A stretch of DNA of 64,000 bases from Haliotis rubra (Eukaryota), in the NCBI RefSeq assembly GCF_003918875.1, contig NW_025766892.1, positions 620,001 through 684,000 on the forward strand, read 5' to 3'. The position numbers were made by a program, and so were the translations under genes. How positions within the stretch are numbered: position 1 is the first letter of the stretch; each line of letters opens with the position of its first letter. Of this stretch, positions 12,710 through 27,400 are shown piece by piece. Below the pieces are notes generated by a model, which had not been told where the DNA came from, ran no database searches, and saw nothing but the letters and a program-made list of their open reading frames with translations.

Positions 12710-14754
12710 TAGCTAAATCTGTGTGAATAATATCTATTTAGTCAGCATAAGGTGGAACTGCCTCCAACAGTTATTGCTAAGGTGCCGAGGCTGTAGCTTA
12801 CTTCAAAGCGGTTGTGGATATGTGTGTGCAGCCGAGTAATGGCGTCTACTGGCATCGATGCCAGGCCCTGGTTGTGTTAGTAACGGTGGTAATTTCACGA
12901 TCTTGACACGTAAGAATTCGGCACAACTGTGGAGGACATCAGCGAAGACTGCACGCCACAACAGGTGGAGGGAAACACGAAGGGGAGATAATCCATTCTC
13001 TTGGATGTTAGACTAACATTCTGCACGGAAAACAATTCTGGATGACTGTGTTTTTCGAAATGCTAACACAGAGTACTGTGTCTTTACATAAACAGTTCCT
13101 GTGGAAGTAAATCGTGTGAAAACAATAAGGATAAATGCCTATATGACTGAGGCGTGCTCGTCTTGTTTCTGGGTTCGAACAGAAACGGATTACTCGTTAT
13201 GTTATTTCGTTTTCCATAATGTCTTTGAGTTATTGTGTTGGTAAATAATGGGTTTATGTATGCAATAGTCTTTAGGTACATAAGTTCTTTTTGATCAGAG
13301 GTTCTCATAGTTCTATCAGAATAGACTAAGAGATTTATTTTTATAAATTATCACTTGATTTATTGATTAAAATAGTGCAATCACAATAAAAATTCAATTC
13401 AAATTTAGATGGTTCCTTGTGATCTACCTTGAATGAATGTTAAATAGAAAATATGACAATGAGCTAATCCGCGAAAATCTGGTTTGGAATTGGTCTTCAG
13501 CAACCCATGCTTGTTAGAGGCGACTAACGGGAGCGGGTATTCAGTTTCGCTGACTTGGTTATTATCGTATCCCAATTGCGTGGATCGATGTTCATGGTGT
13601 CAATCACTGGATTGTCTGGTCCAGACTCGATTATTCATAGAGCTGGAATTTGTTGGTCGTAGCGTAAAACAAACAATGAGCGAATGAAAGTTATACGCCG
13701 ACAGTTTTACAACGTTAACCAACAGATTAACACCATTGGCTGGCATCTTGAGAAACGATCCAAGAGACATAATCATCCTAGTAATTACCTCATGTACCCC
13801 ACTGGTGTCGTGTCTTTCAGGCACGGACCAACTTAGTGGTATAACCAACTTAGTGGAATGTCTGATCGATTTCCGACCGTGTTAAACCATAGAGACATAG
13901 TGTACTTTCTGAAATCTTGCCCCTGAAACAAGGACTGGTCAGGTGAGCGTCAGGATTCAATGTCTATGTGGGATATCTTAGTGGGGTTGCCTGTAAAGTC
14001 ATATTTGACAAACAGGAACGTAAACAGATACGTGCACATCGCTATATAAGAGCCACAGTCAGGAAAGTTAAACCCCATATAAGGTCAGTCTTACAACCAT
14101 GGATACTGGTCTAACAGGGGGCTAAATCCGCCAGGACCCGGGCTGGTGTTGGTGTTCAGCAACCAATACTTTTCTACACAGCGAATTTTAGTGGGATAAC
14201 GACAGTATTCAAAATGTGTAGACCGACATTCATGGTGGCATCACTGGATTGTCCGGTCCAGGGTAGATTATTAAACACGGAGGTCGTATACATGAAACTG
14301 GAATTTTGCCTACTGTGCCGTTAGACAACAAACAGGCAGGGAACTCGTTCGCCTGGAAGTCTGCAGGGAGCACCTGACATGACCTCGCTAAAGGATCAAG
14401 AGCCCATGCATTTTGTAGTTGTGTGTTTGCTCACTTGTCTGATTTTACATGAGGTTTCAGGTCGCCTTCCGTACTCTTTCACTTAGGTAGGGTAGGTGGG
14501 TAGCGTAGGTGTGTGTGCCTGCTTGTATCATAGTTCTTGCCCAAGAGATACAAAGATAGGACACAAGATACCTCATCACATACACCATGCTGCCTCTGTG
14601 TCCTTGTTTCATCCCCTAATGTAGAGCCAGCCACGGTAACAAGTACTAGCTTTAGGTGCCATCGCAGTCGCTCTCCAGCACAGACACTATCCATAAACCA
14701 CTCTGCTCCAGGTCGATGGTACATGCATCTACACTGGCTCCCAACAGGCCAGAC

Positions 14755-14926
14755 GGTGTGGTGGGGTAGCCTAGTGGTTAAGGCGTTCGCTCGTCACGCT
14801 GAAGACCTGGGTTCGATCCCCCACATGGGCAGTATGTGTGAAGCCCATTTCTAGTGTTCCCCGCCGTGATATTGCTGGAATATTGCCAAAAGCGGCGTAA
14901 AACCAAACTCACTCACTCACTCACTC
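14755..14926 (+). mobile_element. SINE family A copy
   Basis: Full-length, flanked by direct repeat CAACAGGCCAGAC. Confidence 0.85.
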
Positions 14927-15472
14927 AACAGGCCAGACCATCTTGTTTGATTAAACATCTCCATGGAAAAGTTCAATATATGTTATCACAGGAAGACAAA
15001 CTGACATGCTTTCAGATGCATACCAAGCTACATTACGGCCTAAGTGTTCTAGCCTGGGTCAGACAAACCAGTGACTGGCATTATGACCAGCAGCATCCGA
15101 GCGATATCAACTCAAATATAAACAAAACATCGAAGTGATGAGAAACAAGATATGTATTGTTGGTTTCTCCAGGATCATATGACACATATCCCTGGGACGA
15201 CCCATGCGTTTTGTTGGCTGGGTAAGCAAGTGGTGTATCTCCCCCTATAAACAATTATGTTATATCACAGCCTGTCATTTTACGAAAACCCAAAGATGGG
15301 GCCGGACGTCAACCTGATATATATCATGAGGGCCACAGACTTGGATTAACAGCTTCCGGCAAATGGTCAAACACAAGTTTGCACTCAACACACACGACAA
15401 ATCTCGTACATGAAGATGATGGTAATGAATGTAAGAAAATGCATTTGATGACACAGTTGACTTGATTCTGTC

Positions 15473-18400
15473 TCAGTCTGGGTCCTCCAGCTCCTGGAGC
15501 ATCTGCAGGTTGATGTCATCTATATCAGCCTCCTCCTCTTCTTCGGGCTCCTCGTCCAGCTCATTCACCTAAAACACAACATGAATAGACATACTGGTGT
15601 ACACAGTGTGTAGGGCTGCCCTTGTAACAGTGGCTATTAAGTAAAGGAGAGTGGGTCAGGCACACTAGTGGTTGTAATAATGAACAATGTCCTTCCTGTC
15701 TGATTTTGATGACATGCTATAGACCATGTCACAGAGGCAAGGCCACCTGTTCTATTTACCTTAAGCCCATCAATTCCAAGTGGGCTGTCAGTGAGGTTTT
15801 ACGAGCTTTTATCATCAATTCAGCAATATCAAGATGGTGGAGAGACACTGTAACCATGTCGGATTTTGAATCTGGGTCCTTCACATTTACCAGGGGCTGA
15901 TTGTTTTGTATATCTATGTTAAGGTGTGGAATTTCTAGTAGTCTAGTGTGCTGAGATCCCTCTGTAATGGAACCCAGAAGGCGATGAAGGGTGAACTTGA
16001 ACTTGTGACTTTCAAATGTGATGTTTAATATCCTGGACATTTACACAAGTATGTGCGTAATGGGAGTCACCATACATACGATACTGATGATATCGTAGTA
16101 TCGATAATCGTGATACTTTTTCTGACAATAAATATATCGATACTTTTTTTCGCATCGTGATATGTATCGTTGACCTTAAAATTATGAATTTTCACTAGAA
16201 ATTGACGGTTATGTCAAAATTAACACTGTTACTTGTTATCAAAATACACCTTTTTAAAGAAAATAACTAAAGATAGCATATCGTGATATGCATCGTATCG
16301 TTCCAAGATATCGCGATATGTATCGTATCATGAAATTTCTGTATCGTCACACCTCTACTGATGAAGCTATGATTATATACTGGCATGACTGCTTAAATTT
16401 TTTGGCTGTTTTTAATCAAACAGACCTAATAAGCCTGTGCAAACAAGTCTTCTTGATTTTAGGCCATTTGTTAAATGCCATGACTTGACTAGGTGAAGTG
16501 ATATGGGGATTAACGTCCTGTTCAAGATTATTGCCCTTATGTAGCTGTACACGTGTGTGAGTGGCTGTTTGTATTAGTGTGAAGAGAGTTTCAAGTTTCA
16601 ATAAAAAATAGACCTCGTTAACTTCGCCTATCTTCGGCAAATTCCGTGATTTTGCAACTTACAAATAATTAATTCCAGTATTGTTTTCGTAATATTCCTC
16701 ATATCTTTTATAGTTACTAATATTTGGCTACGAATCGATCCATCTTTCACTAGAATATTTTAAATTGTAAACTATTTTGCGACAATCGTCACGACATGCG
16801 GCAGAAGTAAGCACGTTTTCGCCGAGGCAGGCCGCAGAACTCTCGCTCCACTATCGCTAACGTTTATCCACCTTTCAACCCATAAATTCATGTAACTTGA
16901 ACGCCAGTTGTGACGGATGTGACTCCGTGCTTGTCCTCGCTGTTGAGCAGGTCACCTGGGGTTTTTCTCTGCGTTGTCACAAGTTGACAGTATTAAAAAG
17001 ATGAACTGACAACTCAACCTCCTTGTGTCGTATTTTCCGCCCCACAACTTTTGGTGTCAGAAGTGGGATGACACAGGCAATGCTGGAAACCCCCAGAGTG
17101 AGTACAGGATGACGTCGCGAGGATGGCAGCCCAAGAGAGGACTACGACATTTGAGATGTCATCGCTTCTGAAGAATGCTTTCAGATGCATACCACCAAGC
17201 TACATTACATGCCTAAGGTTCCTAGCGCCTGGTCAGACAAACCAGTGACTGGCATTATGACCAGCAGCATCCGAAAATTATATCAACTCAAATATAAACA
17301 AAAACATCAAGTGATGAGAAAACAAGATATGTATTGTTGGTTTCTCCAGGATCATATAGACATACATCCCTGGGACGCACCCATACGTTTTGTTGGCTGG
17401 GTAAGCAAGTGGTGCACCTCCCTATAAAACAATTATGCTTATATCATCCAGCCCGTCATTTTACGAAAACCCAAAGATGGGGCCGGACGCCAACCTGATA
17501 TATATCATGAGGGCCACAGACTTCATTAACAGCTTCCGGGGCAAATGGTCAAACACAAGTTTGCACTCAACACACACTACAAATCTCAAAGCATATGAAG
17601 ATGATGGTAATGAATGTAAAGAAAATGCATTTGATGACACAGTTGACTTGATTCTGTCTCAGTCTGGGTCCCTCCAGCTCCTGGAGCATCTGCAGGTTGA
17701 TGTCATCTATATCAGCCTCCTCCCTTCTTCGGCTCCTCGCCCAGCTCATTCACCTAAAACACAACATGAATAGACATACTGGTGTACACAGTGTAGGGCT
17801 GCCCTTGTAACAGTTGGCTATTAAGTAAAAGGAGAGTGGGTCAGGCACACTAGTGGTTGTAATAATGAACAATGTCCTTCCTGTCTGATTTTGATGACAT
17901 GCTATAGACCATGTCACAGAGGCAAGGCCACCTGTTCTATTTACCCTTAAGCCCATCAATTCCAAGTGGGCTGTCAGTGAGGTTTTTACGAGCTTTTATC
18001 ATCAATTCAGCAATATCAAGATGGTGGAGAGACACTGTAACCATGTCGGATTTTGAATCTGGGTCCCTTCAACATTTACCAGGGGCTGATTGTTTTCGTA
18101 TATCTATGTTAAGGTGGAATTTCTAGTAGTCTAGTGTGCTGAGATCCTCTGTAATCAAGATATCGCGATATGTATCGTATCATGAAATTTCTGTATCGGC
18201 ACACACCTCTACTGATGAAGCTATGATTATATACTGGCATGACTGCTTAAATTTTTTTGGCTGTTTTTAATCAAACAGACCTAATAAGCCTGTGCAAACA
18301 AGTCTTCTTGATTTTAGGCCATTTGTTAAATGCCATGACTTGACTAGGTGAAGTGATATGGGGATTAACGTCCTGTTCAAGATTATTGCCCTTATGTAGC

Positions 18401-21400
18401 TGTACACGTGTGTGAGTGGCTGTTTGTATTAGTGTGAAGAGAGTTTCAAGTTTCAAAAAAAAATAGCTCGTTAACTTCGCCTATCTTCGGCAAATTCCGT
18501 GATCTTGCAACTTACAAATAATTAATTCCAGTATTGTTTTCGTAATATTCCTCATATCTTTTATAGTTACTAATATTTGGCTACGAATCGATCCATCTTT
18601 CACTAGAATATTTTAAATTGTAAACTATTTTGCGACAATCGTCACGACATGCGGCAGAAGTAAGCACGTTTTCGCCGAGGCAGGCCGCAGAACTCTCGCT
18701 CCACTATCGCTCACGTTTATCCGTCTTTCAACCTATTAATTCATGTAACTTGAACGCCAGTGGTGACGGATGTGACTCCGTGCTTGTCCTCGCTGTTGAG
18801 CAGGTCACCTGGGGTTTTTCTCTGCGTTGTCTCAAGTTGAGAGTATTAAAAAGATGAACTGACAACTCAACCTCCTTGTGTCGTATTTTCCGCCCCACAA
18901 CTTTTGGTGTCAGAAGTGGGATGACACAGGCAATGCTGGAAACCCCCAGAGTGAGTACAGGATGACGTCGCAGGATGGCAGCCCAAGAGAGGACTACGAC
19001 ATTTGAGATGTCATCGCTTCTGAAGAATGAAAGTGCCAGGACAGACTGTGTTCCGTGGTGTAATAGTATGGTCACTGAGCATCAAAGGACAATTGATAAT
19101 GTGGCTAAGATTGTATGATTGTGTCCAACAGTACTGTTTTGTGTGATGTTTCGAATATCATATTTGACTTTCTTTGAAGTAGTTTTTTTTAAGCCTTGAA
19201 TCATGAGCCTACCAAAGTCACCTCACAGCAGCGACGATGTCCCCAGCATCAACCCCGGAGGATCTCTCTCGCTTTGGAGGAAGAGCTGGCCAGGATGAGG
19301 ATCCAGCTGAAGGAACAACAGCAGTTGTTTGCTAATCGTCCCCCCAAATCCCTCGTGGTAGCCACTGGACGCCAACTGACCATCTTTAAGGACAAGCCAA
19401 TGAAGGCAGGAGACGCCACCCTCAAGAATGGTTGCTTGACGAAGGTGCACCGTGAGAGGCAAGGAAACTGGGTGATGAGGAGCATGCTCTTCTCCTCCTC
19501 TGCCAACACCTCGGAGGCAGAGCACGACAGGAGATTTTGGCGAGGGTCGGTTGTAAAGGAATCGCCGACAGAAATAATAAAAGTACTGCGGAAGGTGTTT
19601 GGAGGAGGCAGTGACTTGCCCACGGCTCAGCATCGCTTCTATTCACATCGTCAGAAGCAGGGCCAAGATCTTATTACCTTGTCGCTGGACTTGATTGATC
19701 TATACGCATCAAATCACCGAGATTGAGCCAGCCTTCTTGGGTCAGAGGAAGAGTGCCCTGAAGAGCCAGTTTGCAGAGGCAGCAAGCAATGACATCATCA
19801 AACGGGAGATATGGGCGCCTCACTAAGGAACAACCGGATCTCGAAGTTCCTCGACCTGCGCGACCGCTTGATTGAGTGGAGAGGGTCATATGCCACAGCT
19901 GCCAGGGACAAGGTCTCTGTGGAGGAACATCACGCCAACATGGAGGACATTGTAAAACGCCAAGCTGACCTCATTGAAAAACAACAGCAACAAATCAACG
20001 AAGTTGATGAGATACAGACCACGTGGAAGTAGGGAGAGGAAGTGCTGGACCTGTGGACAACTAGGTCACATGCAGCGTAACTGCCCAGCTAGAAGTCAGC
20101 CGTCAAACTAGTCGATCCTGCTGTGGAGGACCACACGGTGGGAGTGGAACATATTCATGTCGATGAAGGTCCACCCTTGTCTAGGATAGTAGGGACATGC
20201 CCAGTGGCTGAATTGGTAGTTGGCGGAGTCAGGATGAAGAGCCTCATTGATACTGGTGCCCAAGTCTCCACTATCACAGAATCATTCTACAGGGAGAACT
20301 TGGAATCAACAGGTCTTCTGGACATGGGACAGTTTATCCGGGTTGACTGCAGCCAGCTGGCCACAGTATACCCTACTTGGGCCTCATCTCATTGGATGTT
20401 TCAGTCTACAATCAAAGTTTTGGATCAGTTTGCTTTCTCGTTGTCAAGGATCCAGTGGATGATGCCATGAGAGAACGGAAGACAGAAGTCCCTGGAGTTC
20501 TTGGATCTAATGCTCTGAAAGAAATGAAACTAAAAGTCAAGAATGAAAATCTTAAAATTCTGGACTCCCTTTCAAACATTTTGGCCCTCTATCAAGAAAT
20601 ACAGAGAACTGACAAGAAGATTCGCTTTGCTTGGCTTAAAAGAACAAACCTATCATCATCCCTGCAAGATCCCTCCAAGTAGTAGAATGTAGAGTCAGCC
20701 CCTCCAAATTACCCTACACAGCTTTAGTTGAGAAGACATCACTTCCCTTCCCAGAGGCCTTTCGGGTAGGAAAATCTGTTGTCACTGTTGACCACACTGG
20801 TGTTATCCCTGTGCAGCTTGCCAACTTCAGTGATGCCGACATCTACATGAAGCCAAGAACCCTGATCGGAGTTTTAAATGAGGCCAACATTGAACCAAAC
20901 ATTGACTTGGTGGAGGTCAGCTGTGAAGAAGTACTAGTCACTGAAGCAAGTCCATCCAAACTGAATGACCAGCTTGTTGACAGCCTATTACAGAGAATGG
21001 ATGTAAACAGCAACTTACCATCAGACTGCAGGCACACGCTTCAAGAGCTTCTTTACAAACACTCAACCACATTCAGTAAAGATGACGATGACATTGGGTT
21101 CTGTGGATGCCATCAAACATCGATCATCACTACCGACGATGCACCTGTGCTAATTCCTCACAGAAGAATCCCTCCAGGCTTAATGGCAAGAAGTCCGTGA
21201 CTACATCAGTAAATCCTTAGAGAAGGGAGTAATCCGAGAGTCCTCAAGCCCCTACGCAGATTCCTATTGTGCTAGTAAGGAAAGGTAACAAACTTAGGAT
21301 TTGTTGTGATTATCGCTGAATTCTAAGACCAGGAAGGATGCCTACCCTCCCACGATAGATGAAGCCCTTACCGTCCTCAAAGGTGCCAAGTACTTCTGTA

Positions 21401-24400
21401 GCCTTGATCTCGCATTAACGGATTCAACCAAATAGCTGTTGCAGAGGACGATATAGAAAAGACTGCATTTAGAACTGGTACTGGTGGATTGTATGAGTAC
21501 TTTTACTTAATGCCATTTGGATCTAACAGGAGCCCATGGAACCTTCATGAGGCTGATGGATAAAATCTTTGGCGATGAAAATTTTCAAACCGCCCTCATC
21601 TACCTGGATGACATCCTCATTTTTGGCACTACCTTGAAGAAACGCTACAAAGATTAGACATGGTCCTGACAAGACTCTGCCAAATTTAACCTCAAAGTGA
21701 AGCCTGAGAAGTGCCAGCTGTTTAAAGAGAAACTTCGGGTATCTTGGGCACTACATATCCAAAGAAGGCATATCACCCGATCAAAGCAAAATCCAAGCAG
21801 TGGTTGAATGGTCTGCTTCAAAACCGAGACACAGCTTCGTGGGATTTCTGGGCTTAGCTGGGTACTACAGGAAATTCGGCTCCATCATTTGCAAGTATAG
21901 CAGCACCCTTGCACCTCTCTGTTGCATGGAATACCCCTCAAGAAGAAAGGCAAGCTGTAAACTCAGCAGTGGCCAAGGTATTTCTGCTTGGGACAGCCTC
22001 GCGGTGATAAGGCCTTTGAAGAGCTGAAGCAGAAATTGATTCGACGGCACCTGTCCTTGGACACCCAGATTTTCAAGACCATATATCCTGAAGTCGACGC
22101 CAGTCATGATGGTCTTGGAGCTGTGCTTTCACAGGACCAGGAGACAGGGAAAACTGTGCTGAGTTACGCTTAGTCGGTCACACCGCTAATTCGCTGTTGA
22201 GAAGAACATGACAAACTACAGCAGTATGAAATTAGAACTGGTTGCGCTGAGATGGGCTGCTACAGAGAAGTACAGGGATTTCTTTACTTGGTGCACAGTG
22301 TACTGTTTATAACGGATAATGACCCCTTGAGTTAGCGTCCAAACTTCGCTAAACTTGGTGCTACAGAGACGCAGGTGGATTGGTGAATTAGCTCAGTTCA
22401 ATTTGACGATACGCCACAGGTCAGGAAAGAAGAACAAGAATGCTGATTCTCTGTTGTCCCAAAGAAATTGAGAGGAAGAATCTTGAAGGCATGTCATGAT
22501 GAGAGTGGACATCAGAGCACAGATAGAACTCTCTCTATTTTGAAATCCAGATGCTACTGGCCATATATGACTAGAGACGTTGACTCCTACTGTCAGACAT
22601 GTGAGCAATTTAGCTTGGGAAGCATGGTCCCAATGTAAAGCCAACCCTTGGTTCTATCAATGCCAGAAAACCTTTGGAAATTCTAGCCATGGAATTTACG
22701 CTTTTAGAAAGAGGATACAACGGATATGAGAACTTCCTTGTCTTAACACATGTGTTCACTAAATACACCCAAGCCTATCCAACAAAAGATCAATCTGCAA
22801 AGACTGTTGCCAAAACCCTTGTTAAAGAAAGTTTTGTCAAGTTTGGGGTACATCGGCTTCACAGTGATCAAGGGAGATGTTTTGAGAGTAAGCTAATTCG
22901 TGAGTTGTGTAGTATCTATGGAGTCAAGAATACAAAGACCAGAGGGAAATGTACAATGCGAACGATAAAATCGGACCATGCACAATATGCTGTGAACGTT
23001 GCCACCAGAACGAAAGACAAAATGACCACAACTATTGCCGAAGCTCATATTTGATTACATCTGCACTACACATGCCACCACCAGATACTCTCCATTCTAT
23101 CTCTTCTATGGCAGAGATCCAAGACTTCCCCTTGATTTACTGCTAGGAGAAGCTTTAGAAACATCTGAGATGGAGTGGGTGACTGAACATCAGAACCGTC
23201 TCCAAACTGCATTCCAACAAGCCAGGGAACGTACAGAAGAAGAGGCTCTCAAAAGGCTGAAAAGCCTGAACAAGAATCCAGTTGATCTCGAACTTCCGAT
23301 TGGTGCCAGAGTCTTCATCAAAAATCACTTCCAAGGGAGGCACAAGTTACACGATATTTGGAATCCAGAACCATTCAAAGTAATCAGTAAAATTGAGCCA
23401 TCTGTTTACATCGTCAAATCACTGAATGGGGACAAGGAGAAGTCGATTCATAGATGGGAAATCCTGGATTCAAAAGCTCTGGTGAAGGACATGAACCCAG
23501 AACTGAAGCTGACGTAATTGAGGAGGAAGTGGTAGAAGGAGAAAAGGTTGCTACTCAGGCTGAAGGATTGCCTGAATCTTGTCTTCTTTACGTCCATGAC
23601 TGAAAATTAGAAAAACATGACGTTGGTCATCTTCCAGCAGGGGAGGATGGAGAAGGATCATTCAACTCAGTTGTTATATGTGTTAGAATTACTAGATATT
23701 TTAGACAATGTGTGATTTGCTTCACGGCAAACTTTAGTGTTTATTGGTTCTAAGTATGTAACTTAGACCGAGATACATTCTCGCTCTTAGAGTGCAGAAA
23801 CCAGTTCCATGATTGTGTCTTGCAGAGTCGATGCAAGTGCTGCGTAATGCTTTGAGTTTTAGACAGAGTTCTTTGTTGTTCCAACTCTGTAACGGATGTT
23901 TGAGGTAGCAAAGAGATAAGAGTAGTTAGATATTTTTCTTGTTTTGTACATCCTGTTATTCAGCCTTTGTTGAATATTTGTAACGCTGGTATCTAGTTAG
24001 TTGTCGGAGCCAACTAATTCAGCAGGGGAGTGTGAAGAGAGTTTCAAGTTTCAAAAATAGCTCGCTAACTCTCGCCTATCTTCGCAAATTCCGCGGATTT
24101 TGCAACTTACAAATAATTAATTCCAGTATTGTTTTCGTAATATTCCCTCATATCTTTATAGTTACTAATATTTGGCTACTTAATCGATCCATCTTCACTA
24201 GAATATTTTAAATTGTAAACTATTTTGCGACAATCGCCAATTACGCGCAGAAGTAAGCATCGCTGCCGAGGCAGGCCGCAGAACTCTCGCTCCACTATCG
24301 CTAACGTTTATCCACCTTTCAACCCATAAATTCATGTAACTTGAACGCCAGTTGTGACGGATGTGACTCCGTGCTTGTCCTCGCTGTTGAGCAGGTCACC

Positions 24401-27400
24401 TGGGTTTTTTTCTATGCGTTGTCACAAGTTGACAGTATTAAAAAGATGAACTGACAACTCAACCTCCTTGTGTCGTATTTTCCGCCCCACATTAGTTTTT
24501 GTTGGTTTTACACTTCTGATATAACATGTTATCACTGAGATAAATTTCATACCTAGCTCAGACACCAAGAGCCGACCTTTAACTGTTTTCATCCTCAATT
24601 GCTGGGTAATAACAAGTACCATATTTTTACATCTTTTGGTATGACACCATGACATCAAATACCTCCGCTCGGTCTGAATTTTGATATAACATAATCGTAA
24701 CAAAATTAATTAGACTTACTTTTCATTAATGTATGCTGAACAGGTCATGCATCCTCTACAAACATGGATCAAGTGAACATATTTTTTCTTTGAATCCTAG
24801 TATAAGTACTGGGTACAAAGTGCAACTTGCAAATAACCATGCCATGACTGCAACGTCCAATCATTGAGTCTATAAGATACAAACCTTGAGTAACTGTGCC
24901 TCGTCTACTGTGTTTTCCCGAAGGATCTGGTCAGTGCGTGTAGTGTTGACCTCCACTGATACCTTCCCGTTAGACAGGGAGATGATCACAAGTTTGGAGA
25001 ATGCATTTTCCATTGCCCGTTTGTGTGCCGTCTTCTGGACTTTGGCCAGTAACCCTCCTCGACCTGCCACATCTGTATGCAGGAAGCATAGTTGGATATT
25101 GATCTACGTACATCAATGAAACTATTGCATTTTTCAATCATTTCATCCATTCTTTAAAAGCACACTCCTTTTCTAAAATGATGAGGGTAACCTCATTCTC
25201 TTTGTTAGAGTGAGTGATTGAGTTTAGTTTTACGTCGCTTTTAGCAATATTCCAGCAATATCACGGTGGGCGACACCAGAAATGGGCTTCACACATTATA
25301 CCCATGTGGGGAATTGAACCCGGGTCTTCGGCGTGACGAGCGAACGCGTTAACCACTAGGCTACCCCACCGCCCCATCTTTGTTAGAAGCATTAGGTCCA
25401 GTCTTTGATATTTACAGGCATCTATGATATAACTAAGTGGTGTGAATAAAAGTTTTTTTTGTTAAAGTATGACTTTAAAGCTCACCATTTTTGGAACAAG
25501 TTTCCTCCCAGGCACCAATGCCATCACAAGAGAGATCCTGATTAGTGAGATCTAGTCTCACACTACAGAAGTATTTGATCTTCTTGAGGTCACCATCAGG
25601 TTGTACACACTCCTTGTCTTCCTCCAACTGAACAAATCCGTTACATCAGTTCCTTATATGTATTCAACATGGATCCGACACACATATATCCCACGTTAGC
25701 CCATCCCAAGTATCTCATATCACACCCGACATATATCCAACGTCAGTCCATCACATATATCCCCTATCTGTCGAACAACTATATATCCCACATTGGTCCA
25801 TCACATATGTCTCACATCAGTCCATCCCATATATATTCCACATCAGTCCATTCCATATATATACCACATCGGTTGACTACATATATGCCAAGTCAGTCCA
25901 TCCCATATATATCCAACATTGGTCCATCCCACATATATACCACATCAGTCCAACCCATATATATATACCACTTCAGTCCATCCCATATATAACATCAGTC
26001 CATCCCATATATATACCACTCCAGTCGACTACATATATACCATATCAGTCCATCCCAATATATATATACCACATCAGTCCATCCCATATATATACCAGAT
26101 CAGCCCATCCCATATATATACCAGATCAGCCCATCCCATATATATACCAGATCAGTCCATCCCATATTTATACCAGATCAGTCCATCCCATATATATATA
26201 CCAGATCTGTCCATCCCATATATATATCACATCAGTCAACTACATATATACCACATCAGTCCATCCCATATATATACCACATCAGTCCATCCCATTTATA
26301 TACATCAGTCCATCCCTATATATATACCACATCAGTCCATCCCATATATATACCACATCAGTGCATTCCATATATACACCACATCAGTCCATCCCATATA
26401 TATACCACATCAGTCCATCCCATATATATACCACATCAGTCCATCCCATATATATATACCACATCAGTCCATCCCATATATATACCACATCGGTCCATCC
26501 CATATATATACCACATCAGGTCTATCCCATATATATACCACATCAGTCAACTACATATATACCACATCAGTCCATCCCATATATATACCACATCAGTCCA
26601 TCCCATATATCTACCACATCAGTCCATACCATATATATATATACCACATCAATCAGCTTCCACTTATTATTATATACCACACATCCCATATATATACAAC
26701 ATTGGTCCATCCCATATATATCCAACATTGGTCCATCCCATATATATCCAACATTAGTCCATCCCATATATATACCACATCGGTCCATCCCATACATATA
26801 CCACATCAGTCCATCCCATATATATATACCCACATCAGTCCATCTCACATATATACCTACATCAGTCCATCCCATATATATACCTTACATCAGTCCATCC
26901 CATATATATACATCAGTCTATCACATATATATACCACATCAGTCCATCCCATATATATATACTACATCAGTCCATCCCATATATATCCCCACATGGGCAC
27001 AATGTGTCGGTCCATTTCATCCCCCATATGATATGTTGGAATATTATAAAGGGCAGAAACCATACTCAGTCAGTCAAAGGTCAGTCGATGCCAGACATAT
27101 CCTAGGTCAGTCCATCCATTATATATCCTAAGCAAATAACCCATCTGATAATACATCTCACATCCGTCCATCAGATACATCCCACATCCGTTCATCGTCA
27201 GATACATCCGCATCAAGTCCATCAGATTATATCTCAAAATCAGTCCATCAGATCCATCAGATCCATCCATCAGATACATCGGCAAGTCCATCAGATACAT
27301 TCTGACATCCAGTCATTCATCAGATATATCCCACATCAATTTACATCAGATATACATCCTCATCAGTCCATCGAATCCATCCCACATCTGTCCATCAGAT

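Larger units (their letters stand above)
15006..19029. repeat. Tandem duplication (units ~15006-17177 and ~17175-19029) containing the RDM1 last exon and a Gypsy 5' LTR
   Basis: Junction GAAGAATG|CTTTCAGATGC at ~17177 with ATG microhomology. The second unit lacks ~15969-16303 and its RDM1 exon copy (17659-17753) is frameshifted. Confidence 0.9.
18433..24491 (+). mobile_element. Full-length degenerate Gypsy/Ty3 LTR retrotransposon in the last RDM1 intron, antisense to the host gene
   Basis: LTRs 18433-18899 and 24031-24491 (TG..CA); TSD TTAG at 18429-18432 and 24492-24495; PBS 18905-18922; polypurine tract AGCAGGGGAG 24021-24030. Domain order gag-PR-RT-RH-IN. Confidence 0.95.

Noticed and set aside
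19196-20110. Domesticated gag (ARC/PNMA-like) gene
   Set aside because: Frameshifted and embedded in a complete LTR element with PBS, PPT and TSD.
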